NCBI GenBank assembly: GCA_009937445.1
Contig: JAACFM010000002.1
Location: 11,551 to 75,550, forward strand
Direction of reading: 5' to 3'
Source: Gammaproteobacteria bacterium
GTDB lineage: Bacteria > Pseudomonadota > Gammaproteobacteria > Steroidobacterales > Woeseiaceae
Length of the DNA: 64,000 bases
Shown here: positions 28,952 to 43,159 of the stretch, in pieces
Layout: the number at the start of each line of letters is the position of its first letter
How positions within the stretch are numbered: the stretch's first letter is position 1
Notes under the pieces: generated by a model
What the model saw: only the letters and a program-made list of their open reading frames with translations
The model's database searches: none
What the model was told of the DNA's origin: nothing
Translations under genes and position numbers: made by a program

Positions 28952-30198
28952 TGTTCGAACCCAAAGCATTTCTTCGGGAGCTGTTCGATACAGCGGTCGC
29001 CTCAGCAGCGCCCGAAAACTGTATGTCGGCATGGCTCCCCGCCAAACCCGAAGGCCGCACCCTCGTCGTCGGTGCCGGAAAAGCAGCTGCCAGTATGGCA
29101 AAACAGCTCGAAGATCACTGGGGTGAACCGCTTGAGGGACGAGTCATCGTGCCCTACGGGCATGGGGACGCCTGCCGCTGGATCGAAGTCATTGAGGCAT
29201 CCCATCCCGTCCCGGATGACGCCGGCATCGATGCGGCAGCCGCAATTTTCGAAAGCGTGTCGAATCTCTCGACAGGCGATACGGTTGTTTGCCTCATCTC
29301 CGGTGGAGGTTCGTCACTGCTGTGCTTGCCTGCTGATGGCGTAGCGCTTGCTGAAAAGCGTGAGATCACATCCCATTTGCTCAAATCCGGTGCGGCGATT
29401 CACGAAATCAACTGTGTGCGCAAGAAGCTCTCAGCCATTAAAGGCGGAAAACTCGCCGCAGCTATCGCACCCGCGGCTGTGATTACGTTAATCATCTCCG
29501 ATGTACCCGGAAACGATCCCGCTATGGTCGCGTCAGGGCCGACACTCACTGATGCGAGCTCGCCTCAGGAAGCTCTGGACATTCTGAAACGCTACAACGT
29601 ACCCATTTCCGGCACGGCTCGATCCGCCATAGAAGGCAGCAAACCGGTCATGGTGAACGACAGCGATGTTCGAATCCTGGCAACCAGCGACGATGCGCTG
29701 CTTGCGGCCGCAGCGATGGCGGCAGGGCAAGACATCACGCCTTACTCTCTCGGCGATCTGACCGGAGACGCCCGATTGCTCGCGATCGAACACGCCGAGC
29801 TTGCGCTGCAAATTGTCGCCGGTAACGGGCCAATCGAAGCACCCTGCGTGATTCTTTCCGGCGGGGAGACGACCGTCAACGTACGCGGTGACGGACGTGG
29901 GGGACGTAATGGTGAATACGCCTTGTCACTGGCGATCGCGCTTGACGGACATCCATCCGTTTATGCGCTCGTGTGCGACACCGATGGCATCGACGGCACT
30001 GGCAACAATGCGGGCAGCTTCGTGACGCCCGATTCTCTGCGACGCGCCGCCGACGCCGGCATTGATGCCGAAAAAATGCTGGACCGAAACGACAGTTTTG
30101 CCTTCTTCACAAAGACACTTGACTTGATCGTTACCGGCCCCACCCGTACCAACGTGAATGATTTTAGAGCGATATTCATCGCCGACAGGAAGGATTAG
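28951..30198 (+). CDS. Glycerate 2-kinase / hydroxypyruvate reductase family (DUF4147 + MOFRL, TtuD-like)
   Basis: VVGAGKAAASMA, ISGGGSSLL and SGGETTV blocks. The ATG overlaps the upstream stop (TGATG). Confidence 0.8.
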   Translation: MFEPKAFLRELFDTAVASAAPENCMSAWLPAKPEGRTLVVGAGKAAASMAKQLEDHWGEPLEGRVIVPYGHGDACRWIEVIEASHPVPDDAGIDAAAAIFESVSNLSTGDTVVCLISGGGSSLLCLPADGVALAEKREITSHLLKSGAAIHEINCVRKKLSAIKGGKLAAAIAPAAVITLIISDVPGNDPAMVASGPTLTDASSPQEALDILKRYNVPISGTARSAIEGSKPVMVNDSDVRILATSDDALLAAAAMAAGQDITPYSLGDLTGDARLLAIEHAELALQIVAGNGPIEAPCVILSGGETTVNVRGDGRGGRNGEYALSLAIALDGHPSVYALVCDTDGIDGTGNNAGSFVTPDSLRRAADAGIDAEKMLDRNDSFAFFTKTLDLIVTGPTRTNVNDFRAIFIADRKD

Positions 30199-30200
30199 AC

Positions 30201-30641
30201 ATGCAAAACCTCCCCCATCAATACCTGGTATCCGCCGACGCAGAGAGCGTCGGCAATGTCATTCTCTCCAGCAATGGCGTTGCTGACCTTAAATCTGCGG
30301 CGCCAGCTGAGTTCGGTGGCCCGGGCGATCAATGGTCTCCTGAATCGCTGCTGGTCGCCGCCGTTGCCGACTGCTTCATTCTATCGTTTCGAGCGATCGC
30401 CAGAGCCTCTCATCTGGACTGGAATTCCCTGAGTTGCAGCGTCGACGGAACGCTGGACAGGGTTGATCGCGTAACTCAATTTACGGGTTTTGAGGTGTCA
30501 GCGACGCTCCATGTGCCACCTGGGACCGATGCGGGAAAGGCGCAGCGATTGCTCGAAAAAGCGGAGCACGTTTGCCTGATTACGAATTCGTTGAAAGCCG
30601 ATTCACACCTCGAAACCAGCGTGCAGACAAGCGCGGCCTAA
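30201..30641 (+). CDS. OsmC/Ohr family peroxiredoxin-like protein
   Basis: 146 aa. Two conserved Cys contexts (AVADCFILSF, EHVCLITNS). Confidence 0.75.
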   Translation: MQNLPHQYLVSADAESVGNVILSSNGVADLKSAAPAEFGGPGDQWSPESLLVAAVADCFILSFRAIARASHLDWNSLSCSVDGTLDRVDRVTQFTGFEVSATLHVPPGTDAGKAQRLLEKAEHVCLITNSLKADSHLETSVQTSAA

Positions 30642-30683
30642 GCAAGCACAGCAATCAAACGAGAGATTTCCCGCTGGGCGCAT

Positions 30684-30689
30684 TATAAT
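30684..30689 (+). promoter_or_regulatory. Candidate -10 element (TATAAT) upstream of icd
   Basis: CATTATAATG lies 56 nt upstream of ATG 30745. Confidence 0.3.
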
Positions 30690-30732
30690 GCCCCGCCCGC
30701 GCGGCATAGCTTTATGTTCAACCTATTGATAA

Positions 30733-34297
<3,565 letters not shown>

Positions 34298-34302
34298 AGT
34301 GG

Positions 34303-34800
34303 TCAGACCGCTTCCAGCAAAATCGGGTCATCGAGCATGTGCGTGTCGCAGTTCGGTTTACCGCCGCGGCGATCGATAATCAGATACTCCTGGCCGGCCT
34401 CAAAGGCGATCAGCGGCATATGCCAGGTACCTCGGTGGTAGTTGATTCCCTGACGACCGTTGGTCACAAAAGCACGCAATGCGCCGGCATCGACGGACTC
34501 TTCCGGCGGTGCAACAACAACGACCATCTTGCAGCGACTGAGCGGAACGAATGCCTGGCTTCCTAAGGGGTGACGCTCAACCATGTCCAGTCGCAGGGGT
34601 AACGATGTCGGCGTTCGGCAACGTGCGATACTGACCGCGATCTGGCTGTCATCATCCAGATCGATTATGCACAGGTCATCGAAACGTTCGAATCTGGCTT
34701 CATTCATCGCTTCCGACCGCTCACGCGATGTTTCGATCACATCACCGTAAGGCGCGAATCGTTGCTTCGTCAAAAGCTCCGGCCGTAACGTAATGGTCAT
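34303..34800 (-). CDS. allA: Ureidoglycolate lyase
   Basis: 165 aa. FAPYGDVIE...HPLGSQAFVP family signature. Confidence 0.85.
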   Translation of the reverse strand: MTITLRPELLTKQRFAPYGDVIETSRERSEAMNEARFERFDDLCIIDLDDDSQIAVSIARCRTPTSLPLRLDMVERHPLGSQAFVPLSRCKMVVVVAPPEESVDAGALRAFVTNGRQGINYHRGTWHMPLIAFEAGQEYLIIDRRGGKPNCDTHMLDDPILLEAV

Positions 34801-35777
34801 TTGCTACCCTCACCAACACGCCCAAATATTCGTAAACGGCTGACGCCGCCATCAGGATAGATGGACATGCGAACATGCGATACGTCGCCGACGGCTTCCA
34901 GATTTTCAAAATAATGCTGCTGGTCCATCTTGAGCTTCGTCTCCGGCAATAACGTACGCCATTGATCGGAGTCAGGTGTTGCATGCGCGTCGCTGTCAAA
35001 CCGCCCCCCCTCAATGGAGACCCGGCCCGGGTAATTACCCTTGAAGTGCGCCGTGTCCACCTCGACACGCGCAATGACGCCCGGTTGTGCCAACGCGACG
35101 ATCACCCAGTCATTGCCGGGCCCGCGTCGTCTCGCCGTCTCCCAGCCGTCCCCCATATTCACGCCGCGCCCGGGTACGTTCAGATTGTGCATGCTGCCGT
35201 AATGTTCGTCGCTACAGGCAATGGCGCGGCCGCCATTTTCAATCGCAGCAAGATCGACAAAACCGTCGACACCTTCAAAGTTGGCCCGTACCTCGCCGAA
35301 AATCCTTAAACGTGCAATTCCGCCGTCGGGATAGATATGCAGTCGCACATGCGTCCAGATCCGGTCATCGTTGATCTCATGAAAATGGTGCGAATCGCCA
35401 GCGAGGTCCGTCCTGCCCAGCACTTCCACCCACCCGTCTTCGGGTGTTTCGTCACCGCTGGCACAAGCTTCGATCGATGCCACTGGCGGATAATTACCGG
35501 TAAAGTGAGATGTATCGATATCGAACCCGCGTATGACCCCCGGTACGCCGAGACGGATGACGCAGAAGTCATGCCCTTCAGAGCGTTTCCGCCGACTTTC
35601 CCAACCGTCCATCCACTTGCCATGGTCATCGTATTTGTCATCGATAAAGACGGGCTCGGCGGCATCAATGACACGCTCTTTCGCTGCAAAAAAATCATCG
35701 GTGGCATACGTTACGCGAGTGCCAAGCCGCGGTTGCTCAAGCTGTATCCAGTGACGGAACGGGTGCGACTGGTTCAT
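34797..35777 (-). CDS. alc: Allantoicase
   Basis: 326 aa with an internal two-repeat structure (DGWESRRKR / DGWETARRR; IDTSHFTGNYP / VDTAHFKGNYP). Confidence 0.9.
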   Translation of the reverse strand: MNQSHPFRHWIQLEQPRLGTRVTYATDDFFAAKERVIDAAEPVFIDDKYDDHGKWMDGWESRRKRSEGHDFCVIRLGVPGVIRGFDIDTSHFTGNYPPVASIEACASGDETPEDGWVEVLGRTDLAGDSHHFHEINDDRIWTHVRLHIYPDGGIARLRIFGEVRANFEGVDGFVDLAAIENGGRAIACSDEHYGSMHNLNVPGRGVNMGDGWETARRRGPGNDWVIVALAQPGVIARVEVDTAHFKGNYPGRVSIEGGRFDSDAHATPDSDQWRTLLPETKLKMDQQHYFENLEAVGDVSHVRMSIYPDGGVSRLRIFGRVGEGSK

Positions 35778-36283
35778 GACGAATTCTCCAACGCCGCGAG
35801 GCGCAGACGTGCAATCTTGTGAATCTCCTGCAACGCCGTCTCAAACTCGGCGTTGTAGTCGTTGTCCATTCGAGCGGCAAACGCTGCAAGAATTTCTCCG
35901 CGCGTACTCTCGCGCACCGCCATGATAAACGGGAAGTCGAACTTCTCTTTATAGGCCGCGTTCAACGACTGGAACGCCTCAAACTCATCTGCAGTACATT
36001 GATCGAGCCCCGCTTTGGACTGCTCTTCGGTGGACTCGGCCGTCAACTCCCCGGCGACCTGCGCTTTGCCAGCAAGATCGGGATGTGCGCGAATCAATTC
36101 GAGTTGCATCTCAACCGCAGCGTTATCGACACAGTCGGCCATCAAGGTCGCCAGTAATTCAGCATCGGCATCACCACCGTCGAGTACGGCCTGCACACGC
36201 TCAGCCACCCACGAAGAATGTTCGTAAATTCCGCCATAGCGCTTTACAAAGTCGTCATTGCTCACCCGTTTTTCACCGTTCAC
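35774..36283 (-). CDS. uraD: 2-oxo-4-hydroxy-4-carboxy-5-ureidoimidazoline (OHCU) decarboxylase
   Basis: IRAHPDLAGK motif. 169 aa. GTG start overlaps the puuE stop. Confidence 0.85.
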   Translation of the reverse strand: MNGEKRVSNDDFVKRYGGIYEHSSWVAERVQAVLDGGDADAELLATLMADCVDNAAVEMQLELIRAHPDLAGKAQVAGELTAESTEEQSKAGLDQCTADEFEAFQSLNAAYKEKFDFPFIMAVRESTRGEILAAFAARMDNDYNAEFETALQEIHKIARLRLAALENSS

Positions 36284-37188
36284 AAGCCGTGGCCCTCTGC
36301 GGAATGCTGTTTTCGCCAGTGGCTCGCGATAGCAAGCCGCGTCGCAAGCCAGACGTCATCGTGCGCCATCACGTAGTCGAGGAATTTCATGACTGCCGCG
36401 GCACGCCCAGGCCGCCCTGCCAGTCGACAATGCAAACCAATCGACATCATCCGTCCACCCTCAGCATGCAGGACGTCGAAACTGTCTTGCAGGTATTCGA
36501 AAAACTGCTGCCCTGAATTAAAGCCCTGCGGCGTCGCGAAACGCATGTCGTTGGCGTCCAGCGTGTACGGCACCATCAGCTGCGGCGTGTCGAAACGGTA
36601 ATCCCAGTAGGGAAGATCATCCGCATAGGTATCGGAGTTATATACAAACTCTCCGAGTTCTGCCGCAATGCGATGACTCCGGGGGCTGCAGCGACCGAGG
36701 TACCACCCGGACGGCCGCTCTCCGGTTACTCTGGCGTGTATCTGCAGCGCTTTTTGCAGGTGTTCACGCTCGGTCGCTTCGTCGACAAACTGATAGTCGA
36801 TCCAGCGGTAGCCGTGACTCGCAATTTCCCAATTGGCGTCCTGCATTGCAGCGACGACATCCGGATTGCGCTCCAGTGCCATAGCAACAGCAAACACCGT
36901 CACGGGAACATTCCGCTCCGAGAACAGCCGCTGCAAGCGCCAGAAGCCCGCTCGAGATCCGTACTCGTAGAGCGACTCCATATTCATGTGGCGCTGCCCT
37001 TCTATCGGCAATGCGCCAATCATCTCGGACAGAAACGCTTCGGATGCAGGATCGCCGTGTAACACACAATTTTCTGCGCCCTCTTCGTAATTGATAACGA
37101 ATTGCACCGCTGTGCGTGCACCCTCGGGCCAGTTTGCCGCCGGCGGGGTGGCTCCGTATCCACGCAGATCTCTCGGATAGTCGCTCAT
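36280..37188 (-). CDS. puuE: Allantoinase, PuuE type (polysaccharide deacetylase fold)
   Basis: 302 aa. YPRDLRGYG...INYEEGAE...SHGYRWIDY are typical of PuuE. Confidence 0.85.
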   Translation of the reverse strand: MSDYPRDLRGYGATPPAANWPEGARTAVQFVINYEEGAENCVLHGDPASEAFLSEMIGALPIEGQRHMNMESLYEYGSRAGFWRLQRLFSERNVPVTVFAVAMALERNPDVVAAMQDANWEIASHGYRWIDYQFVDEATEREHLQKALQIHARVTGERPSGWYLGRCSPRSHRIAAELGEFVYNSDTYADDLPYWDYRFDTPQLMVPYTLDANDMRFATPQGFNSGQQFFEYLQDSFDVLHAEGGRMMSIGLHCRLAGRPGRAAAVMKFLDYVMAHDDVWLATRLAIASHWRKQHSAEGHGL

Positions 37189-38375
37189 TCAGCGCCCCCA
37201 AGCGATTGATACCACGAGGCGATAATCTGCCGCTCCTCGTCCGTCATCGCCGTGAGGTTTCCTATCGGCATCACCCTGGTTACGACGGTCTGTTGATAGA
37301 TACGATCAGCCTCGGCGAGTATCTGCTCGTCGCTGTCGAACATCACGCCCAATGGCGCCGCCGGAAAAGCCGGATGAACCGGTGCCGACGAGTGACAGCT
37401 CGTGCAGCGGGCATTGATGACATTCTGCACCTGCAGGAATGTGACGCTCTCAGTACTTGCGGTTTTCGATTGCGGCGTGAGCAGTGCTGCGATAATGACC
37501 AACAGCAAAACGGCCAGCACCGCCGGCACTTTTGATGCATCACCTTTGTGCCGGGCCACGAAGTAAATACGAATCAGTGCGCCCGCGATAGAAATACCGA
37601 TCAGGACCGCCCAGTTGTACTCGTGACTGTAGGTCATGGCGTAGTGGTTGCTCGTCATCACGAACAGCACTGGCAAAGTGAAGTAGGTGTTGTGGACAGA
37701 ACGAAGTTTGGCGCGCACGCCGTGGGCCGGATCCGGCGCCTCGCCACGTTCGGCCGACTCGACCATCTTCCGTTGTCCGGGAATAATCACAAAGAAAACA
37801 TTTGCGACCATGATGGTTCCCAACGTAGCGCCGAACAGAATGTACGCAGCTCTTCCACTGAACAAATGGCACAAACCCCACGCCAGCGCAGCGCAAAGAA
37901 GCAGCAGCGCCAGTCCGAACAACCTGTCGTTTCCTGCCAGCGGTGACTTACACATCAGGTCATAAACCACCCAACCGCCAACGATGAATCCGATCGCGAT
38001 GCTGATCGCGGCAACAACAGACAGGTCGGCAACCGACCGGTCGATCAGGTAGATCTCGGCACCGAGAAAATACACCAGGCCCAGCAGAAAGATTCCAGAC
38101 AGCCAGGTGGAATAAGCCTCCCATTTAAACCAGTGCAGATGCTCGGGCAGCGTCGTCGGTGATGTTCTGTACTTTTGAGCATGATAGAAGCCGCCGCCAT
38201 GTACCGACCACAACTCACCGCCCACGCCCTTTTGCGAATCGGCCGGCTCGCGCGGTGCCTCCAGATGATTGTCCAGCCAGATGAAATACAGCGACGAACC
38301 GATCCAGGCGATACCGGTAACAAAGTGCAACCAGCGCACCAGAATATTCAACCAATCGAGTAGAAACGCTTCCAT
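37185..38375 (-). CDS. puuD: Urate hydroxylase PuuD (integral-membrane cytochrome c urate oxidase)
   Basis: Multi-TM body plus a C-terminal CxxCH (CTSCHS). I chose the internal ATG 38375 (MEAFLLDWL), which abuts the xdhC stop; the ORF-track extension to 38513 would overlap xdhC. Confidence 0.8.
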   Translation of the reverse strand: MEAFLLDWLNILVRWLHFVTGIAWIGSSLYFIWLDNHLEAPREPADSQKGVGGELWSVHGGGFYHAQKYRTSPTTLPEHLHWFKWEAYSTWLSGIFLLGLVYFLGAEIYLIDRSVADLSVVAAISIAIGFIVGGWVVYDLMCKSPLAGNDRLFGLALLLLCAALAWGLCHLFSGRAAYILFGATLGTIMVANVFFVIIPGQRKMVESAERGEAPDPAHGVRAKLRSVHNTYFTLPVLFVMTSNHYAMTYSHEYNWAVLIGISIAGALIRIYFVARHKGDASKVPAVLAVLLLVIIAALLTPQSKTASTESVTFLQVQNVINARCTSCHSSAPVHPAFPAAPLGVMFDSDEQILAEADRIYQQTVVTRVMPIGNLTAMTDEERQIIASWYQSLGGAE

Positions 38376-38376
38376 G

Positions 38377-39417
38377 CTAGCTCCGCAGTGGTCGTACGTT
38401 GTCGGGATAGTCTTCCACAACGGGTGCCACAGACCGCTCGCGGACCTTGAGGATCTCCGCGGCGGCCGAAACCGCAATTTCTGCGGGCTTTTTGCCACTG
38501 ATTCCATCGACACCGATCGGGCAAACCAACTGGTCGATCACTGCTTGCGACATGCCCTGTTGCCGATAGCGCTTTTCAAAGCGCCGTCGTTTCGACAGTG
38601 AGCCGATAAGTCCGCAGTATCGCGCGTCACGCCGTCTTAGTATGCGATCGCAGATATCGAAATCCATCGCATGACTGTGTGTCATCACAAGATAGAAACT
38701 GTCTGCTGGCATTGCTGCAACCTCCAGTGCCGGATCCGGAGCATCTATCGCCCGAACGTTCACCGGTACTTTGCGGAACATTTTCGCGCGGCTGTCTATC
38801 CAGCGGATATTGCAGTCGAGTTCGGACAGGGCATTAACCACAGCGGCGCCAACATGGCCCGCGCCGAATACCGCGATATTCAGATCAGGTGCGACAACCG
38901 GCTCGAAAAATTCCTGCACGTCCCTGACGGTCGTCGGAACACCGTCGAGAATTCGGCGCGCTCTTGCCACCAGAGCAGCATCTTCTTCATCCGCACCAAA
39001 TATCTGATCGCCGGTAACGACGAACTTCGCAGGATTTGTCCGTGAAATTCTTGTGGCGATGATGGCCGGTTCGCGCTGACCGTGCAGGGCCGCAAGGTCA
39101 CGTAACCAGACCGGCAGCCCATCAGTCAGCGGTTCGAACAAGATCTCCACAACGCCACCGCAGCACTGCCCCATCGAAGAGCCCAGCGGAAAACTTCGTA
39201 GTGTCGACCCCTGGTCATTGAGCATTTCGACCGCGACGCGGGTGCTTTGATACTCCAGCTGCCCGCCGCCAATGGTCCCAATGGTTTCTGTCGCGGTAAC
39301 GATCATCTTCGCACCGATCTCCCGGGGCGCCGAACCTCGAACCCCGGCGACAGTCACCAACATAGCCGGTTCGCCTGCCGCCGCAAGATCAGACAGTTCG
39401 TCAATCCACTCATTCAT
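38377..39417 (-). CDS. xdhC: Xanthine dehydrogenase accessory/maturation protein
   Basis: XdhC/CoxI family N- and C-terminal Rossmann-like parts (VFGAGHVGAAV). Confidence 0.85.
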   Translation of the reverse strand: MNEWIDELSDLAAAGEPAMLVTVAGVRGSAPREIGAKMIVTATETIGTIGGGQLEYQSTRVAVEMLNDQGSTLRSFPLGSSMGQCCGGVVEILFEPLTDGLPVWLRDLAALHGQREPAIIATRISRTNPAKFVVTGDQIFGADEEDAALVARARRILDGVPTTVRDVQEFFEPVVAPDLNIAVFGAGHVGAAVVNALSELDCNIRWIDSRAKMFRKVPVNVRAIDAPDPALEVAAMPADSFYLVMTHSHAMDFDICDRILRRRDARYCGLIGSLSKRRRFEKRYRQQGMSQAVIDQLVCPIGVDGISGKKPAEIAVSAAAEILKVRERSVAPVVEDYPDNVRPLRS

Positions 39418-41725
39418 GCCGTGATGCCTCGATGGCTTTGAGTATTGCCTCGGGTGTTGCCGGCGCGTTCAGGTCGGGCGCCGGGCAGCTACTGTCAGAA
39501 ATAGCGTCTCGAATAGCGTGGAATGCCGACAAGGCCAGCATCAATGGAGGCTCACCGACCGCCTTCGAACGATAAATTGTGTCTTCGGGGTTCGGGTTAC
39601 TCTGCATCAATTCAACCCGAAAGTCCGGTGCAAGATCCGAACAGGTTGGTATCTTGTAGGTCGATGGCGCATGGGTTCCCAATTCACCGCGGTCATTCCA
39701 CCACAGCTCTTCGGATGTGAGCCAGCCGACACCCTGTACGTAGCCGCCCTCAACCTGTCCAAGATCGATCGCCGGGTTCAGCGAATCACCGCAGTCATGC
39801 AGAATATCGACGCGCAAAGTCCGGTTCTCACCCGTCAATCGGTCGACCACCACTTCCGTGACCGCGGCACCGTAGGCGAAATAGAAAAACGGTCGGCCAC
39901 TAAATGTTTCGCGATCGTAATTAATTTTCGGCGTTTTATAAAAGCCCGTTGCCGACAGTGGTACCCGATCAGCCCAGGCCAATTGCACCAGCGCCGCGAA
40001 AGACACGGTGTTGTCACCCGCCCGGACCTGATTATCAGCGAACTGAATATCCGCCTCGGGCACCGCAAAATGTCGCGCAGCGAATTCGGTCAGCCGGCCG
40101 CGAATCTTCGCCGCCGCTTTCTTCGCCGCCATTCCGTTCATGTCTGCGCCACTCGACGCGGCGGTCGCGGACGCATTCGGCACCTTGCTGGTGTCAGCTG
40201 CAGTGATGCGGATACGGTCGATATCAACCTGAAATTCATCCGCGACCACTTGCGCGACTTTTACATACAAGCCCTGCCCCATCTCCGTGCCGCCATGATT
40301 GAGTTGAATCGTGCCGTCCTTGTACAGGTGCACGAGTGCACCGGCTTGATTCAGCAAGGTGTTCGTAAACGATATTCCAAACTTGACGGGCGTGATGGCA
40401 ATGCCGCGTTTTAAAATGTCATTCTCGGCATTGAATGCCTGGATATCCTCTCGACGCTTCCGGTAGTCGCTGCTGGAGACGAGTTGGTCGAAAATCTCAT
40501 CGATGACATTGTCTTCGATAACCTGCAGATACTGAGTGACGTTGCGCTCGTCCTTCCCGTAGAAGTTACGGCGCCGAATCTCCAGCGGATCCTTGCCGAG
40601 ATTCCGGGCAATGTCTTCTATCGCGTATTCGATCGCGAACATGCCTTGCGGGCCGCCAAAACCGCGGAATGCCGTGTTTGAAACCGTGTTGGTCTTGCAG
40701 CGATGGGAGAGAATTCGAATGTTCTCGAGAAAGTACGCGTTGTCGCAACTGAACATGGCGCGATCATTGACCGGGCCTGACAGGTCCGCAGACATGCCAC
40801 AGCGTGACGCGAGCTCAAAGTCTATGCCGAGTATCAAACCGGTATCGTCGAAACCAACGTCGTAGTCGATGACGAAGTCGTGACGCTTGCCGGTCATCAC
40901 CATATCGTCATCACGATCGAGTCGTAACTTGCAGGCCCGGCCCGTCTTATCGGACGCCAGTGCTGCAACGCAGGCAATCAACGCAGCCTGACTTTCTTTG
41001 CCACCAAAAGCACCGCCCATTCGGCGGCAGATAACCGTAACGTCGTTTGCCGGACGGTTTGTTGTTTGCGCAATCAACATCTGAACTTCGTCCGGGTGCT
41101 GCGTCGAGCTGTAGACCAACAGGCATCCGTCTTCCTGTGGTATCGCCATCGCGATATGGCCTTCAAGGTAAAACTGGTCCTGACCGCCGAGGAATACACG
41201 GCGACGGGTCCGATGTGGCGCCGACGCAATCGCACTGTCCGGGTCGCCTCGCACGAGCGTCTCGCTGGGCAAGACAAAAGACTCTTTCAGAACCGCATCA
41301 AGAGGGTCCAGGATAGCGTCCAGTTCGCGATACTCGATATTCGCCATCCGTGCAGCTTTTCGTGCCGCGTCAACGGTCGTCGCGGCAACGGCAAATATGG
41401 GTTGCCCAACGTACTGCACAAGGTCGGTCGCGAAGATCGGATCGTCTTCGATAATCGGGCCGTAATTATTGGTTCCGACAATGTCGCTGGCGATACAAAC
41501 ATCAACCACGCCGGCTGCCGCTTTGACTGCCGAGAGATCAATCTCGCCAACTTCTGCGTGCGCCAACGAGCTCATTCCGACCGCGACATGCAGCAAATCT
41601 CTCGGCTCCGGGAGGTCATCGGTATACGACGCACGTCCCGTCACATGCAGGTGGGCACTGTCATGCGGTATTGGCGACCCGACGGCGGACTCGCGTTTGA
41701 GTGCAGGCTTCACGCTAGCGCCCAT
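39410..41725 (-). CDS. xdhB: Xanthine dehydrogenase molybdopterin-binding large subunit
   Basis: GGAFGGKE, aldehyde oxidase/XDH a/b hammerhead and Moco blocks. I preferred ATG 41725 (MGASVKP); the ORF-track start at 41863 lies deep inside xdhA. Confidence 0.9.
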   Translation of the reverse strand: MGASVKPALKRESAVGSPIPHDSAHLHVTGRASYTDDLPEPRDLLHVAVGMSSLAHAEVGEIDLSAVKAAAGVVDVCIASDIVGTNNYGPIIEDDPIFATDLVQYVGQPIFAVAATTVDAARKAARMANIEYRELDAILDPLDAVLKESFVLPSETLVRGDPDSAIASAPHRTRRRVFLGGQDQFYLEGHIAMAIPQEDGCLLVYSSTQHPDEVQMLIAQTTNRPANDVTVICRRMGGAFGGKESQAALIACVAALASDKTGRACKLRLDRDDDMVMTGKRHDFVIDYDVGFDDTGLILGIDFELASRCGMSADLSGPVNDRAMFSCDNAYFLENIRILSHRCKTNTVSNTAFRGFGGPQGMFAIEYAIEDIARNLGKDPLEIRRRNFYGKDERNVTQYLQVIEDNVIDEIFDQLVSSSDYRKRREDIQAFNAENDILKRGIAITPVKFGISFTNTLLNQAGALVHLYKDGTIQLNHGGTEMGQGLYVKVAQVVADEFQVDIDRIRITAADTSKVPNASATAASSGADMNGMAAKKAAAKIRGRLTEFAARHFAVPEADIQFADNQVRAGDNTVSFAALVQLAWADRVPLSATGFYKTPKINYDRETFSGRPFFYFAYGAAVTEVVVDRLTGENRTLRVDILHDCGDSLNPAIDLGQVEGGYVQGVGWLTSEELWWNDRGELGTHAPSTYKIPTCSDLAPDFRVELMQSNPNPEDTIYRSKAVGEPPLMLALSAFHAIRDAISDSSCPAPDLNAPATPEAILKAIEASRHE

Positions 41726-43154
41726 ATGTGTACACCGTCTCCACGTCGCCGCGTTCAGACTCGGCAAAGAATCGACGCAACAAATTCTGTACTGCCAACA
41801 AACGAATGTCGGCCGAAGCCCGCATATCCGAGATAGGTGTAAAGTCTTTGGCCAGTGCCACACAGGCGATTTCTATTGTTTCTTCCGCCCACGGCAACCC
41901 CGTTATCGCCGCCTCTGTTTCCTTTGCTCGACGAACAGTTGCCGCCAGCCCGCCACAGGCCATGCGGAACGATTTGACCTTACCGTCGTCGAGTACAAGC
42001 CGGTAAGCCGTACAGATTGCCGAGATATCCTGGTCGAATCGCTTTGACCACTTCTGACTTTTTACCACCGCGTCATCGGACGGCAGCGGCATTTTGATTC
42101 GCGATACGAACTCACCAGGCTGCAGATCGTTAACCATGTAGTCGTGATAGAAGTCACCCAGTGAAATTTCCCTTTCGACTGCACCAACACGCAGCACCAG
42201 GGTCGCATCCACAACCATCAAGGCAGCCATCGAGTCACCAATGGGTGAACCATTGGCAATGTTGCCGCCCAATGTGCCCGCATTTCGAATAGGCGGTGAA
42301 GCGAAACGACGAAACATCTCCGTCAGTCCCGGATAATGCTCGACAATGGTCGGTATCGCGTCGGTCAGAGTCGCTGCCGATCCAATATCGATGTGCGTAT
42401 CAGTGACTTTGACATCGCGAAGGTCGGCAACCCGCCCGGTATAGATGATAGTCGTGAGTTCGCGATGTTGTTTTGTTACCCATAAACCGACGTCGGTTCC
42501 ACCCGCGAGAATGGTCGCGGTTGGGTATTGCGCGAACAGCGCTGCAAACTCATCGGCATCAAGCGGCGCGAAAAACCGGCGGCCGTTGTGCTCAATGTGC
42601 AACGAACTCTCCCGCTGGATCGACTCCAGCTCCGCAGATCGATTGGGACGGTTCACTCGTTTGGCGCTGTACATATCTTTGGCCGCGGCAATGATCGGGC
42701 GGTAACCCGTACAACGGCAAAGATTACCGGACAGCGCATCGTCGATATCCTGACGACCGGGATTTTCGTTCGTTTCGTACAGTGCGTACAGGGACATCAC
42801 AAACCCCGGCGTGCAGAAACCGCATTGCGAACCGTGATTGGCAACCATCGCAGACTGCACCGGATGCAGTGCCCCGTCGGCCGCCAGACTTTCTACCGTA
42901 AGCAACTCTTTACCATCGAGTGTCGGAAGAAACTGGATGCATGAATTGATGGCTTTGAGATTCGTTCCATCGGCATCGAGTTCTGCGACCACCACGGTAC
43001 AGGCACCGCAATCACCTTCAGCACAACCTTCTTTCGAACCCTTGCGACGCAGGTCTTCGCGCAAATACTGCAGTACGGTTCTTGTCGGATCCGCATCGTG
43101 AATCTCGACGACTTCGCCGTCGAGCAAAAACCTGATCGTGGCGGAATCGGTCAT
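41715..43154 (-). CDS. xdhA: Xanthine dehydrogenase small subunit (2Fe-2S + FAD)
   Basis: GCAEGDCGACTV and CRCTGYRPI 2Fe-2S motifs. FAD domain ILAGGTDVGLWVTK. Confidence 0.9.
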   Translation of the reverse strand: MTDSATIRFLLDGEVVEIHDADPTRTVLQYLREDLRRKGSKEGCAEGDCGACTVVVAELDADGTNLKAINSCIQFLPTLDGKELLTVESLAADGALHPVQSAMVANHGSQCGFCTPGFVMSLYALYETNENPGRQDIDDALSGNLCRCTGYRPIIAAAKDMYSAKRVNRPNRSAELESIQRESSLHIEHNGRRFFAPLDADEFAALFAQYPTATILAGGTDVGLWVTKQHRELTTIIYTGRVADLRDVKVTDTHIDIGSAATLTDAIPTIVEHYPGLTEMFRRFASPPIRNAGTLGGNIANGSPIGDSMAALMVVDATLVLRVGAVEREISLGDFYHDYMVNDLQPGEFVSRIKMPLPSDDAVVKSQKWSKRFDQDISAICTAYRLVLDDGKVKSFRMACGGLAATVRRAKETEAAITGLPWAEETIEIACVALAKDFTPISDMRASADIRLLAVQNLLRRFFAESERGDVETVYTYGR

Positions 43155-43159
43155 CGTTA

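Noticed and set aside
38376-38513. N-terminal extensions offered by the ORF track for puuD (to 38513), xdhB (to 41863), the TonB receptor (from 54976), ridA (from 43568), hutI (from 15523), hutG (to 10219) and DUF4956 (to 48806)
   Set aside because: The extensions run into the upstream gene and translate to Arg/Cys/Trp-rich non-homologous sequence. Internal starts give clean stop-start junctions and N-termini typical of each family.
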